From an uncultured Gammaproteobacteria bacterium (lineage in GTDB: Bacteria; Patescibacteriota; Microgenomatia; Woykebacterales; RBG-16-39-9b): a stretch of DNA of 64,000 nt. Location: the NCBI GenBank assembly GCA_964367355.1, contig CAYIWY010000004.1, forward strand, positions 35,976 to 99,975, given 5' to 3'. Positions 23,086-30,500 of this stretch are shown piece after piece. Below the pieces are notes generated by a model. The model was not told where the DNA came from. It did not search any database and saw nothing but the letters and a program-made list of their open reading frames with translations. Both the position numbers and the translations under genes were made by a program. Position 1 is the first letter of the stretch. Each line of letters opens with the position of its first letter.

Positions 23086-23700
23086 CGTTTCAGCAAGGAC
23101 CAATACAATGACTTCCGGCTCCTTTTAACCGCTTAGCATTTTGCACTCGACGAGCTCTTGCCCTCTCCTTCAACTCTTTGTCAGCTCTCTTCAACCTGAC
23201 CTCAAGAGGTTCCTTGTCCGCTTCAGGTTTCTTCTGCACTTTTCCTCCAGTACTTTGGCTTCTTCAGATCACAAAAACCGTCTGCTTACTGTTCCGGCGA
23301 GGGGCTCGAGATACTTTCCTTCTGGCTGCTCGCTGTTCTTCAACTAATCTTCGCTCAGATTCCCGAATGATTCGATCAATCTTGTCTGGGTTTGCATGCG
23401 AGTTACGATACTTGATCTGTAATCGTTCAGTCGCATTACCTGCCCCCTATGGAAACTTTAAGAAGAATCTATGTGCTGCCCTAACAGTGCGCTCTTGAAC
23501 TCGTCTCCAGTAAGTGTGTCGAGCAGATACGCGTTCTGCTGTGTTCTTACCTTGAGCCAGCTCCGAAGGTCTTTTGTCACCAACTTTAGATTGCCAACAA
23601 TTGACCCAAACAGGTTCTGTAAAAGACATTTTCTCTCCTCGCCTTCTTTTACTTCTTCTCTTGTGTTGATTACCTGCATTTTACTTTCTGGAGTAGCCAA
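23074..23700 (-). pseudogene. frameshifted remnant of a charged, helical protein gene (higher GC)
   Basis: The minus strand yields protein-like segments in three frames (MQVINTREEVKEGEE..., RRLVEEQRAARRKVSRAPRR..., KVQKKPEADKEPLEVRLKRADKELKERARARRVQNAKRLKG). No tyrosine-recombinase motifs were recognised. Confidence 0.25.
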
Positions 23701-23760
23701 AATGCAAACAGCGAATTCTTAAGCTATGCCACTTTTTGGAGTAACCAAAATGCAAACAGC
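23674..23760 (-). promoter_or_regulatory. two tandem copies of a conserved minus-strand promoter (TTGCAT-N18-TAAAAT/TGGCAT)
   Basis: The 22-mer GCTGTTTGCATTTTGGYTACTC occurs here twice and again at 29927-29967. Confidence 0.45.
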
Positions 23761-23836
23761 TAATTTTCAAGATACTTGAGTAACGCTGTGCTACTTTTTG
23801 AAGAAAAATTAAGCAACTGAAAAATTTAAAAAAAAG

Positions 23837-23893
23837 AAAAGCACAACCAAGATTGGTCATGCTTTGTTGATCTCACTCGCTATTTGGTTGTTG
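23837..23893. terminator. hairpin repeat R2
   Basis: Matches R1, R3 and R4. Sits at the 3' end of the minus-strand gene 23894..24112. Confidence 0.55.
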
Positions 23894-24112
23894 TCACATA
23901 TCACCGATCCTAAAGGCTCTGGCAAGCAGGTAAGTTGCAATGCTAAAGAACCCTAATCCGGCTGGAATAAACCCTCCGGCGTACTCTGGTCTGGTCACAG
24001 CCGAAAAAACAAACACGGCAGCTACAACAAAAAACCCGATGGACGGAAAGACTAAAGCTAGCCAACGTTTGTTGACGTTGGTCTCAATTGGAGTCTGTCG
24101 ACATGACCTCAT
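23894..24112 (-). CDS. small two-TM membrane protein (72 aa)
   Basis: GGAGGT site followed by an ATG start; preceded by the conserved GUAGCCGAAAGG 5'UTR motif. Confidence 0.5.
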   Translation of the reverse strand: MRSCRQTPIETNVNKRWLALVFPSIGFFVVAAVFVFSAVTRPEYAGGFIPAGLGFFSIATYLLARAFRIGDM

Positions 24113-24135
24113 TTAATCTACCTCCGGCCTTTCGG

Positions 24136-24336
24136 CTACTTCTTCCGACTACTCGAAACAAGTTCGTACTTAACCCCCGACTTGTCGAGAGCTTCCAGGT
24201 GGGCATCTCCGATAAGGCATACGCCAGCATTGAACCACATTGGTGCTTCTGTGGCAAAGATGACCTCTTTTGCCCTCGAGTATTCCTCGGGTTCGAATCG
24301 AACTCTGGGGCATTCGACCCCTTCTACTCTTGGCAC
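24136..24336 (-). CDS. small hypothetical protein (66 aa)
   Basis: GGAGGAGG site followed by a GTG start. Preceded by a second copy of the GTAGCCAAAAGG-type 5'UTR motif, upstream of the 72-aa membrane protein. Confidence 0.4.
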   Translation of the reverse strand: MPRVEGVECPRVRFEPEEYSRAKEVIFATEAPMWFNAGVCLIGDAHLEALDKSGVKYELVSSSRKK

Positions 24337-24562
24337 TATTTCCTCCTCCAGCCTTTTGGCTACCTTTTTCGCCTTACTTCAATCTTCTTCATCTGGTTCC
24401 AAACAAATTGGATTGTACAAAGTGCAAGAAAGGTGAAAACTCCTCCTAGCACTGGCGTGCCGACATACAAATACCACTGTTCCCAGACTGGCATTAAACC
24501 TCCAACTACCTTCCATCCAATTATTGATGATTACCTTGCATTGTACTTTCAAAAAACCAATT

Positions 24563-24592
24563 TTGCAATTTGTTTGCCCATGCAGCGTATAA
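24563..24592 (+). promoter_or_regulatory. repeated promoter module copy 1 (TTGCAA-N19-TATAAT within TTTGYYYRYRCAGCGTATAAT)
   Basis: The 15-nt core CAGCGTATAAT with upstream TTTGC is shared with copies at about 25811-25840 and 30002-30032. Confidence 0.5.
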
Positions 24593-24616
24593 TAGCTGTA
24601 ACTGAGAGGTTTAGAG

Positions 24617-24820
24617 ATGGAGGTAGAAATGGCAGAGGAGTCCATTGCAGAGCAAAAGTATCAGGCCGCTCGGCGAATCCGATCTATTCTTGGGGTAGTA
24701 GATGACTTCTTCGTTGAACCGACTAAGGATCGCGAAGAGTTAGCACTTCAGCAGCTCGAACAGCTCCCCGAGCGTCTGCGTTCGTACGGTGAGCTGTGCA
24801 GAAAGAGTGAGAAGAGTTAA
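24617..24820 (+). CDS. small acidic helical protein
   Basis: GGAGG site before the ATG. Protein-like composition (MAEESIAEQKYQAARRIRSILGVVDDFFVEP...). Confidence 0.5.
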   Translation: MEVEMAEESIAEQKYQAARRIRSILGVVDDFFVEPTKDREELALQQLEQLPERLRSYGELCRKSEKS

Positions 24821-24849
24821 GCAGTTGACGAAAACCAAGGAGGGTGTTT

Positions 24850-24960
24850 ATGCTATTACTGAGTTCTGGAGATTTGGGTGCCACCTTAGTTGGTATTGTC
24901 TGCGTAGGATTGCTGCTATTCGGTACTCTTGCTCTTGTTATACTGACTAAACACGGATAA
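24850..24960 (+). CDS. 36-aa single-TM peptide (MLLLSSGDLGATLVGIVCVGLLLFGTLALVILTKHG)
   Basis: AAGGAGGGTGTTT site then ATG. It shares this RBS-plus-start context with the 25892 gene. Too short for the ORF track. Confidence 0.4.
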   Translation: MLLLSSGDLGATLVGIVCVGLLLFGTLALVILTKHG

Positions 24961-24977
24961 ACCAAGGAAACATCCCA

Positions 24978-25004
24978 CAAAGGGAAAGAATGCACTCTTA
25001 CCCT
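24978..25004 (+). terminator. repeated terminator module copy 1 (CAAAGGGAAAGAATGCACTCTTACCCT), degenerate
   Basis: Related to the near-perfect hairpin AAAGGGAAAGAATGAACTCTTTCCCTTTC+T-run at 26678-26715. Confidence 0.4.
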
Positions 25005-25204
25005 ACATACCAACGGCTTTCTTCTTCGAGAGAGCCGTTTTCCTTTTTAGTCAACTCTCTGCCAAATAAGCAAGTCAATAGGGTTTAAAGAGATTTATCG
25101 GTTCTAACGATCCAAAAGTAAAATTTTTCTGTGTTAAATGCTTGGAAGTTGACAATACTTGTTGAATTGGTTAAAATACGTCAAGAATCACTACGGAAAG
25201 CGCC

Positions 25205-25741
25205 TCATAAGGTTTTGTCCTTACGAGGTTCTTTCTTTTTATACTCCACTTTATTTTTTAAATCTGAGGCAAATCCCAAGTATTCTGAAGGAAATCCTTT
25301 AAGAAGTGCAGAATATTTTCTCTGGTTTGGTATAAGAATTTTCTCTAGTTTTTTCCGTTTAACGAGATAGTCTACAAGGCAGTAGAAATCACCGTCCCCA
25401 GTGATAATAACCGCCTTATCATAATTACCAAAATCGATCATCGCTTGCAGTACCAATTCTGCGTCACAATTGCCCTTGGTTTTTCCATCTTTATATCTCA
25501 GAACTGGTTTAAAAATAAGAATGTAGCCTTTTTCCTGAAGCGATTTGTATAAATCGGCATTTTCTTCTATGTACCCTAGAAATAAATACGCTTTATCGAC
25601 AAGATACTTATCTGCCAGGTATTTACGAAACCGTAGATAATCAAGTTTCCAACCCAACTCTCTTACCGAAAGGTTTAGGTTTTGACTGTCTATGAAAGCG
25701 AAATTTTTAGACTTTTGTTTCGGGTTTCTGGTTTTTAGCAT
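25205..25741 (-). CDS. NYN / LabA-like domain protein (predicted RNase)
   Basis: FIDSQNL...NCDAELVLQAMID...AVIITGDGDFYCLVDYL, the typical NYN-domain pattern. Confidence 0.75.
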   Translation of the reverse strand: MLKTRNPKQKSKNFAFIDSQNLNLSVRELGWKLDYLRFRKYLADKYLVDKAYLFLGYIEENADLYKSLQEKGYILIFKPVLRYKDGKTKGNCDAELVLQAMIDFGNYDKAVIITGDGDFYCLVDYLVKRKKLEKILIPNQRKYSALLKGFPSEYLGFASDLKNKVEYKKKEPRKDKTL

Positions 25742-25810
25742 TGTTTAGTAATTTTAGCACAAGAGAAAGACCAAGATTTATAGGGAATAACTAAGTAACT
25801 TTGAGAAACC

Positions 25811-25840
25811 TGTAATTTATTTGCTATTGCAGCGTATAAT
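25811..25840 (+). promoter_or_regulatory. repeated promoter module copy 2
   Basis: TTTATTTGCTATTGCAGCGTATAAT. Confidence 0.5.
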
Positions 25841-25891
25841 GGTTGCAACAAGAAGAGATGGAAGTTGGCTTAAAGCCAAGGAGGGTGTCAG

Positions 25892-26104
25892 ATGTTACTG
25901 GCAAGTGGAATCCTATTGATTGCAGTGTGGATGGTGTTTGAGTGGCACTATGGATGGGGCCGAGGACGGGTAGCTCCGCGTGCGTTTGATCTTCGCCAAA
26001 AGTATGGTGATAGGGCCTTGCTATTCCTAATCCCACTGCGATTAGCGATGACAGCAACAGCGGTTGTAGGATTGATCCTCGTTGTCAAATATTTCGGCAA
26101 GTAG
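25892..26104 (+). CDS. small two-TM membrane protein (70 aa)
   Basis: CCAAGGAGGGTGT site and an MLLAS start, paralogous in context to the 24850 peptide. Confidence 0.5.
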   Translation: MLLASGILLIAVWMVFEWHYGWGRGRVAPRAFDLRQKYGDRALLFLIPLRLAMTATAVVGLILVVKYFGK

Positions 26105-26209
26105 TAACTTCTGTCGGTGTCGAAAGACTTAACGTGCGTCCGTTAATCGCACCTTTTGCAGCTCATCGAAAACGAAGGACTGTAGCTGGCGAAAGCCAAG
26201 GGGGAGAGG

Positions 26210-26635
26210 ATGGTCGATCAAGATTCTGTAATCCAATCGATTCGTGATTGGGTGGGACAGCATCGAGCGGTTGCGGAAACTGAAGCGGATTCAATTCTCA
26301 AATCTCTGCAGGAGTTTTGCGAGCAGGTTCTGCAAACTGAGCAAGAAGCTGAGATTTCATTCTCGGCAATTGAGGAAGGTAGGATCCACATACGTGTGAT
26401 GCTTACCTGGCCAGGGATGGACATGTTCGATGCCGATCATTCAACGAGAATGAGGTGGGTCGGGCAATCGTTCAGCATAGTCGAACAAGATAGAGATATC
26501 CACCCTTATCTTGGTTACGTACAAAATGAGTGGAGAGTTGGGTCAACCTTCGCAGACTACACCAAGAGTCACCTTGATTTCCTGGATGCCGAAGAAAATA
26601 AAATTGGGGAGTATGAGTTTATTGGGGTTTGGTAA
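26210..26635 (+). CDS. hypothetical protein (141 aa)
   Basis: GGGGGAGAGG site before the ATG. Protein-like, with higher GC than the surroundings. Confidence 0.5.
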   Translation: MVDQDSVIQSIRDWVGQHRAVAETEADSILKSLQEFCEQVLQTEQEAEISFSAIEEGRIHIRVMLTWPGMDMFDADHSTRMRWVGQSFSIVEQDRDIHPYLGYVQNEWRVGSTFADYTKSHLDFLDAEENKIGEYEFIGVW

Positions 26636-26677
26636 AATGCTAAGCTCCATAACCTAGTGCAATTAGGTAAACAGACA

Positions 26678-26715
26678 ACAAAGGGAAAGAATGAACTCTT
26701 TCCCTTTCTTCTTTT
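26678..26715 (+). terminator. repeated terminator module copy 2 (near-perfect hairpin + T-run)
   Basis: AAAGGGAAAGAATGAACTCTTTCCCTTTCTTCTTTTC. Confidence 0.6.
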
Positions 26716-26818
26716 CTTTTTGTAAACCGTTGCAAATCGCCTACTAATCGACTATAATACGGCTAGTATTACATCGTCTTGTATCGCAAGCGATATAATT
26801 CGACTATACATATATACC

Positions 26819-27859
26819 ATGTTTAAACCTCGCTATACTATTACTGATCGGCTGCTGGCTAATATTAAAAGGATCAATTCTTTGGTAAGCGAACTCAATA
26901 ATAAGCGCTTTCCCTCTGTAGTTTTACTTGAGTTAGAGAGAACTGCTAGAGAAGTTTCTTCCTATGCTTCAACCAGCATTGAAGGTAACCCGCTTCCGTT
27001 AACTGAAGTCAAAAAGATCCTTAAGTCAAAACCTATTTCATTGCGCGATAGTGAAAAAGAAGTCCTCAACTATAACCAAGCTCTTAGGGAATTAAACAGT
27101 GAACTCGATAAGGGAGAAATTCGGCTTTCTTTGAGTCTTGTTTTAGATATTCAAAAACAAGTAACTGAAGGTTTACTGCCTTCTTTTGAATCAGGGCAGC
27201 TGCGCGAAAAGGCGGTAGTTGTCAATGATCCAAGAACTGGTCAGGTTGTTTATTTGCCTCCTGATGCAGCTGAGGTAAAACCGTTAATGGAAGAACTAGT
27301 CGAATTCATTAGTAACAGGACTCAAATCGATCCACTTATTCTGGCTGGTATATTTCACAAACAAATGGTAATTATCCACCCGTTCATGGATGGCAATGGC
27401 AGAACAACACGCCTAGTTACCAAAGTACTGCTGGCAGCCATGGGTTTGAATACCTTTAACCTCTTTAGTTTTGAAAACTACTATAACCAAAATGTCACCA
27501 AATACTTCCAAACAGTGGGGGAGTCTGGAAATTATTATGAACTAGTTGAAAAAATAGATTTTACTCATTGGTTGGAATATTTCACCGAAGGAATTATTGA
27601 TGAACTTCTTCGGGTCGAAAAACTGTTACCTAAGACCGCTATAAGTCCGGAAACTCAGTTAAAACCACATCACTTGAAACTCATCGGGTCTATCCAAGAA
27701 AAGGGATTTATCTCCGACCGAGACTATGCAGAGCTGGTCAAGCGTGCTAAGGCAACGAGAACCCAGGATTTTAAGAAGCTCCAAGAACTAGGCTTAATTG
27801 AGCGCAAAGGCAAGGGCAAGGCAACTTATTATATCTTGAAGGGAGAAAGTAAAATTTGA
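26819..27859 (+). CDS. Fic/Doc family protein
   Basis: Canonical Fic motif HPFMDGNGRTTR; 346 aa. Confidence 0.9.
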   Translation: MFKPRYTITDRLLANIKRINSLVSELNNKRFPSVVLLELERTAREVSSYASTSIEGNPLPLTEVKKILKSKPISLRDSEKEVLNYNQALRELNSELDKGEIRLSLSLVLDIQKQVTEGLLPSFESGQLREKAVVVNDPRTGQVVYLPPDAAEVKPLMEELVEFISNRTQIDPLILAGIFHKQMVIIHPFMDGNGRTTRLVTKVLLAAMGLNTFNLFSFENYYNQNVTKYFQTVGESGNYYELVEKIDFTHWLEYFTEGIIDELLRVEKLLPKTAISPETQLKPHHLKLIGSIQEKGFISDRDYAELVKRAKATRTQDFKKLQELGLIERKGKGKATYYILKGESKI

Positions 27860-28061
27860 GGATTTATACCTAAAAGGATGAGATGCCTTATAAGCTTGTT
27901 TTGTCCTAGCTTAGCCAAACAGATGAATGGGAACACTAGAAACAACCTATAACGGACTTATCACTCATCAAATATAGATATTAACAATTTTGTCACATAT
28001 AAGCAACCTTCAAGCGTGTTTAAACGAGAAAAAGGAAAATAACTTTTGATATAATCCAGTT

Positions 28062-28352
28062 ATGATGAACGAGCCTTCTAAAAGAATGGGGATAATTTTT
28101 GGGTTTTTGGCTCTAGGAATAGCTATCTTATCCTTAGCCTTTATTATTCCAAATACACTTTATTTATTGAAAGTGGGATTTACCATTCAAAACATTTTAA
28201 CTGGAAAACTACCAGAGAATTACGTTACTGGAGATGGATCAACTTTTAATGCTGTTGAGACAGTAATGTGGGTCGGGGGAGTTTTAACCATTCTTTTTTG
28301 TCTAATTTCTACTATTTTATTATTTAAATCCCAAAAGGTTGTAAGGAACTAG
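28062..28352 (+). CDS. small membrane protein (96 aa, 2-3 TM)
   Basis: Hydrophobic segments and its own TATAAT upstream. Confidence 0.45.
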   Translation: MMNEPSKRMGIIFGFLALGIAILSLAFIIPNTLYLLKVGFTIQNILTGKLPENYVTGDGSTFNAVETVMWVGGVLTILFCLISTILLFKSQKVVRN

Positions 28353-28397
28353 TTACAAAGCTAGCTTTTTGTTGGACAATAGTACTTTATAGAAAGA

Positions 28398-28453
28398 GCG
28401 AAGCACGGCCAAGTTGGTCGTGCTTTGTTGATCTCACTCGCTATCGGTTGTTG
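28398..28453. terminator. hairpin repeat R3
   Basis: GCACGGCCAAGTTGGTCGTGC hairpin plus the TTTGTTGATCTCACTCGCTAT tail. Overlaps the 3' end of the 28441..28641 gene. Confidence 0.55.
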
Positions 28454-28641
28454 TTTATCACTGGCTTGGTCTTCGCCTGATCGGTGTCCTTGTCTGAGTT
28501 GCCGCCTTGGGTCAGATATGCTGGTGTTAGAACTTCTCTAAGCTGTCCGATTGGAAGACTATCGATACAGCTGGACCACAGCCTTGGATGGAGATCGCGA
28601 TTCATCCAAAGGTACAACCGCTCAGTTGCGTTACTCTTCAT
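28441..28641 (-). CDS. small hypothetical protein (66 aa)
   Basis: AGGAGAGGAAATA site then ATG, placed immediately after the stop of the 61-aa membrane protein. Confidence 0.4.
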   Translation of the reverse strand: MKSNATERLYLWMNRDLHPRLWSSCIDSLPIGQLREVLTPAYLTQGGNSDKDTDQAKTKPVINNNR

Positions 28642-28655
28642 TATTTCCTCTCCTC

Positions 28656-28841
28656 TTACTCCAGTAAAGTTGCTCTCATACCCCATGCAATTAAAGGGGC
28701 GCCGACAACCATAGCAACTACAGCGAACATCAATCCCACTTCACGTCTTTTTTCGAATCTGACGGTTGCAACCGCAGCCAGACAGATAAAAATTCCCACG
28801 ACCAACGCCAAAGATCCAAGTAGTTTAAGTAGAAGCTCCAA
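28656..28841 (-). CDS. small two-TM membrane protein (61 aa)
   Basis: GGAGGA site followed by a TTG start; preceded by the conserved GUAGCCGAAAGGCGAGGAGG 5'UTR motif. Confidence 0.45.
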   Translation of the reverse strand: MELLLKLLGSLALVVGIFICLAAVATVRFEKRREVGLMFAVVAMVVGAPLIAWGMRATLLE

Positions 28842-28903
28842 TTGATCCTCCTCGCCTTTCGGCTACTTCCGTCCCGTTTGATTATCAATATTATACAACA
28901 TTC

Positions 28904-29281
28904 TTGCTGCTGAGAGGTATAATTATTAAAACAAGAAAAACCGGAGCAATGAAACTTCCAAATTCGGAACAGGCCATCGTTCCTGAAAAGAAATTAACAG
29001 AATATTTACTATCTGAGACTCATGCGGTGGGAAAATTTAAAGCCAGGTTTTTCCGCCGGTTGGGTTTTGACTTGACAAATGCTAGTCTTTTGCAGAAAGA
29101 AATTATGAACCTGGTTCAAGTACAAGACGTAGAGAATATTATACCATCAAATTATGGTACCAAATATATCGTGAAAGGTGCTATCAAGACACCTATTGGT
29201 GAAAGTGTTAGAATAAAAACGGTCTGGATCATTGAGAAAAACCAGACACAACCAATTTTTATTACGGCTTATCCTGTCTAG
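28904..29281 (+). CDS. DUF6883-like protein (putative toxin-like partner of DUF4926)
   Basis: EKKLTEYLLSETHAVGKFKARFFRRLGF pattern recalled for this family, immediately upstream of a DUF4926 gene. Family assignment is from memory. Confidence 0.5.
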   Translation: MLLRGIIIKTRKTGAMKLPNSEQAIVPEKKLTEYLLSETHAVGKFKARFFRRLGFDLTNASLLQKEIMNLVQVQDVENIIPSNYGTKYIVKGAIKTPIGESVRIKTVWIIEKNQTQPIFITAYPV

Positions 29282-29295
29282 GCGAAAAGGAGTAT

Positions 29296-29529
29296 ATGTT
29301 TAAAGAATTAGATACTGTGGTTTTCACTCATAATATTGATAATTACGGCCTTGAGAAAGGCGATATTGGTACAATTGTTCATACTTATGGTGCTGAAAGA
29401 GCTGTGGAAGTTGAGGTGGTGAGAGCTGACGGTAGGACTGTTGCGGTACTTACATTGGAGCCTAATGACATACGTAATATAACAAGGGACGAAATTCTTA
29501 AGGTGAGAGAATTTGCTACCAGTAATTAA
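29296..29529 (+). CDS. DUF4926 domain protein
   Basis: LDTVVFTHNIDNYGLEKGDIGTIVHTY...VEVVRADGRTVAVLTLEPNDIR, a typical DUF4926 sequence. Confidence 0.65.
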   Translation: MFKELDTVVFTHNIDNYGLEKGDIGTIVHTYGAERAVEVEVVRADGRTVAVLTLEPNDIRNITRDEILKVREFATSN

Positions 29530-29651
29530 TTTCCTAATAATGATACCTCTAATCATTTATCAAGGTTCCACTAGCCTTTAACTACTTTGGTTATTAACTG
29601 AATTTTTAATTTTAAGAAAATAATTTAGTAACTAAAGAAATTTAAAAAAAA

Positions 29652-29700
29652 GGAAAAGCACAACCAGATTGGCCATGCTTTGTGTTGATCTCGCTCACGA
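29652..29700. terminator. hairpin repeat R4
   Basis: AAAAGCACAACCAGATTGGCCATGCTTTGTGTTGATCTCGCTC, at the 3' end of the 29739..29879 minus-strand gene. Confidence 0.5.
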
Positions 29701-29738
29701 TTCAGCTGTGAAAGGTTTTTGTTGACCTTTTCGACTAA

Positions 29739-29879
29739 TCATTTGATCTTCGCTTCTCTCACCGAACGTGGTATTCGTCTTTGCGCCTTAACTTTCTTGA
29801 GAAAGGGCTTAACTACTTCCTCAACCCCTTTCTGCACCGAACGTCGAATTTCATCTGGACTAGGTGGCGGATTCGACAT
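29739..29879 (-). CDS. 46-aa basic small protein (MSNPPPSPDEIRRSVQKGVEEVVKPFLKKVKAQRRIPRSVREAKIK)
   Basis: GGAGG site then ATG, preceded by the third copy of the GTAGYCGAAAGG 5'UTR motif and the conserved minus-strand promoter. Too short for the ORF track. Confidence 0.35.
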   Translation of the reverse strand: MSNPPPSPDEIRRSVQKGVEEVVKPFLKKVKAQRRIPRSVREAKIK

Positions 29880-29926
29880 TACCCTTAACCTCCTAAACCT
29901 TTCGACTACTTCCTTTATCGTTATTG

Positions 29927-29967
29927 CCTACATTTTACTTTTTGAGTAACCAAAATGCAAACAGCTA
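29927..29967 (-). promoter_or_regulatory. conserved minus-strand promoter copy 3 (TTGCAT-N17-TAAAAT)
   Basis: GCTGTTTGCATTTTGGTTACTCAAAAAGTAAAAT. Confidence 0.45.
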
Positions 29968-30001
29968 CTTTTCTAAAAATAATTAAGCGACTCTAAGGAA
30001 C

Positions 30002-30032
30002 TTGCAGTTTATTTGCTGCCACAGCGTATAAT
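30002..30032 (+). promoter_or_regulatory. repeated promoter module copy 3
   Basis: TTGCAG-N19-TATAAT within TTTATTTGCTGCCACAGCGTATAAT. Confidence 0.5.
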
Positions 30033-30378
30033 TCAAATAATCAGAGATCAAAAGACGAGAGGAGGTCGAAGCGTGGAGGTTTATTTCCCAGTTATTATCG
30101 AGACTCTGGAAGCTAATGATGGTTTGGTACTTGTAACTTCCTTTGTTGCAGGAAAACCATGGACATTCTGGACCAAAGCAGAAAGTGTGGTTCTGGACTG
30201 TCAGCCACTGGTAAAAGACGTGTTAACAAGAGGTTACAGCGGTTGGGTTAAAGGAACGATCCATTCCCAGAAACTAGGCTTTACTTTTGTTGAAGTAGGG
30301 GATTTTCTAATCCCTGTGTTGCAAGACCTATTGAGAGAGAACCTCGACTTCAAAGTAAACAAGAGGACCGAAGGTTAG
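30013..30378 (+). CDS. hypothetical protein (about 105-121 aa)
   Basis: GAGAGGAGG site then a GTG at about 30073 gives the likely start. Followed by an AAGGGCGACC...GCCGTCCTTTTCTTTTTT terminator. Confidence 0.45.
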   Translation: MLPQRIIQIIRDQKTRGGRSVEVYFPVIIETLEANDGLVLVTSFVAGKPWTFWTKAESVVLDCQPLVKDVLTRGYSGWVKGTIHSQKLGFTFVEVGDFLIPVLQDLLRENLDFKVNKRTEG

Positions 30379-30500
30379 AAAGAACAAGGCATTAACAAGG
30401 GCGACCAATAGGCCGTCCTTTTCTTTTTTAAAACTATTGCAAATTTGGAAAAATCATTTTATAGTATTGCTGTCAGTTTTAGTTACAGACTAATACACAC

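Noticed and set aside
23141-23722. Three overlapping plus-strand ORFs (68, 106, 83 aa) in the higher-GC stretch
   Set aside because: They overlap each other in different frames and have Ser/Leu/Cys-rich non-protein-like composition. The region is better explained as a decayed minus-strand gene.
24379-24645. 88-aa minus-strand ORF antisense to the small gene at 24617..24820
   Set aside because: Cys-rich junk composition and no RBS. The plus-strand ORF has a GGAGG site and a protein-like charged, helical sequence. One of the two must be spurious, and the minus ORF is the weaker.
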